Part shown: in pieces, positions 62,263 through 64,000 of the stretch
Layout: every line of letters begins with the position of its first letter
Position numbering within the stretch: the first letter of the stretch is position 1
NCBI GenBank assembly: GCA_051294905.1
Contig: CM119372.1
Location: 2,916,001 to 2,980,000, forward strand
Origin: Botryllus schlosseri
Taxonomy: Eukaryota
Length of the DNA: 64,000 nucleotides
Reading direction: 5' to 3'
Position numbers and translations under genes: made by a program
Notes under the pieces: generated by a model
Told to the model about the DNA's origin: nothing
The model's database searches: none
What the model saw: the letters and a program-made list of their open reading frames with translations, nothing else

Positions 62263-62564
62263 CAGTGGTTCTCAAACTTTTTTAGACACGCCCCCCTTTA
62301 TGATAGTGAAAATTTTCGCGCCCCCTTATCGTCATATCACAAAATGCGACCAGAATGCTAGCAATCCCAACGGATAGTTGGATGGCATGGAAGGTTATGA
62401 CTGTTGATGAGAGAAATCTTCAATATGAAATTCGGACTATACACAGAGCAAAAACTATAAATTGGAGGTAAATCGCGCCTGGCGCGAAAAATGTTTTCAG
62501 TTTACCCCAGCCTCGCGTCCCTTCAGAATCATTCATCTCCCCCCGTCCAGTTTGAGAGCCACTA
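62263..62564. mobile_element. hAT-like MITE (family of 1906-2209)
   Basis: TIRs cagtggttctcaaac / gtttgagagccacta; perfect TSD gtctagag. Confidence 0.9.
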
Positions 62565-63325
62565 GTCTAGAGAGTAATTTATATAACAAACAACTTTCCT
62601 GGTAGCAGTCTACAGAAAAGCAGAATTTAGACGGGATGCTACGGACGAGAAACAACCAATACTCAAGACTTGCTTAGGCGCCGTCTTTTATTTTTGCACG
62701 AGGTGGCGGAGTTTTGTGACGTCATAAACATTCCAGACGGGTGACGTCATATTCGCACGGATTTGGCGAATCGTGTAAATGCCGATAATACAAGGATCCT
62801 CGTGTTGACGAGCTTCGCGTATGATTAGGCGTAAGTTTAAGAGCGAGTACAGCATGGTTGTCAATTAGCAATGCGTCGATCTCGCTTGAATACCCACTAT
62901 TCACCATCACGCGCGCGAACAATTGATACGCGACTTCTGTGACGACGAACTGAAAAATGACCACATCTGTTGTGGAATATGCCTTGTAATGGCACCGATT
63001 TCAGGGGATTCAGGCCATCTATTGATAACTCGGCCTTAACACACATCTTCTGATACTTTAGTATTAGCGCAAATCAATTACGCCCGCCCACTGCGTAGAA
63101 GACGGGTAGCTCAAGCCAGCGATGATTCATCAAGCCTGCTGTAATCTGGCCAGGCGTGTTTCGATGCATGCGATAAATCAGGCCTCCGCCAGACGCACTA
63201 AATCAAACCAGCGACCAGCGCACAGCAGTTGTTAAACGCCCAATTTCAGTGCGAATGAATAACAATCTCAGCAGGAGATCGCGTGCTGCTGTACTATACT
63301 ACGGTGCACAGACTGGTACGTACAC

Positions 63326-64000
63326 CAGTGATTCCCAAACTGTGTGCCGCGGCACACTATTGTGCCACCACAGATTCTCAGGTTAGCTGTACCGGTAGTC
63401 TTTCTGGGATTGCGGAAAACGGTGTATGTTAGCCAATAGGCATGCAGACAAGCGGGTGCTACTAAAGGCGGTCTAACCTACTCAACAGGCTGACAAATGT
63501 GCCCGTGACCATGAAACCAATCATGGAATTGCCGATGAATGGGTCATGACTGCTAGGTGGCTACATGTAGACAAAATTCTCTGATTGTTCCAAATCAACT
63601 CCTGAACTTGAAATCGTGCCATAAATCCCGTGCACAGTGTCTGGAATTCGCCTAACACTTCAACAATACCACTCATCTCAGGATTTGCTGCAAACAAATA
63701 TTGGTGGGTAGTCAATTCATTTCGAAGACATTAATCAAGCAATCGTCTTACAGAAGAAGAACAGCTCATTGATTTATTAAACACCCGTTTTATAAAACGC
63801 CGTTTTCGAGAAAAGTTTTGGATGCCTCCTTCCAAATCCTGTTCCATGATAAATGCAATCAAAACTTTATTGTCATTTGCACCTAATGGGTATTTGAGCA
63901 TTATTTATTTTCGCTTTGACGGAAATATAAAGTCGTGACCGAAAGATAATGGTTGGTAAACGACGAAGTGCGTGAATGTTTGTTAGCAATTACGCATCGT
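63326..64000. mobile_element. Left end of a hAT-like element running off the window
   Basis: cagtgattcccaaactgtgtgccgcggcacac has the same subterminal motif as 25847; extent beyond ~63400 is unconfirmed. Confidence 0.55.

Noticed and set aside
61923..62964. Candidate upstream exons of the Ig gene (donor at 61922; acceptor near 62950)
   Set aside because: The first has an in-frame TGA after its best acceptor and the second lacks Ig motifs and a compatible donor; the 5' end is left unresolved.

Overview
Eukaryotic, AT-rich, transposon-saturated animal DNA. An invertebrate chordate such as an ascidian is my guess from gene and TE style, not something the sequence proves. Three spliced genes can be rebuilt by hand with GT-AG junctions in consistent phase: (1) a small secreted collectin-like protein on + (2556-9339; signal peptide, 17 Gly-X-Y triplets, coiled-coil neck, no lectin domain found); (2) a complete 11-exon choline/ethanolamine kinase on + (29003-36835, 380 aa); (3) the 3' six exons of an Ig-superfamily type-I membrane receptor on - (61814-42434). 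Most of the rest is mobile DNA: a decayed Ty3/Gypsy element, an L2/CR1 LINE fragment, at least two tRNA-derived SINE families, more than 20 hAT-like MITEs with 8-bp TSDs (often nested), and 0.5-0.6 kb foldback elements. The most unusual signals are in transposon behaviour. Two unrelated DNA elements sit at the same nucleotide in two copies of one host repeat. Three 26-34 bp hairpins with TSDs fit P-element excision footprints. TAGGCCTA-type footprints recur, two of them as in-frame insertions in the Gypsy RT. A SINE appears to have inserted twice at one site. No CRISPR, rRNA or genuine tRNA gene was seen. All counts and alignments were done by eye.
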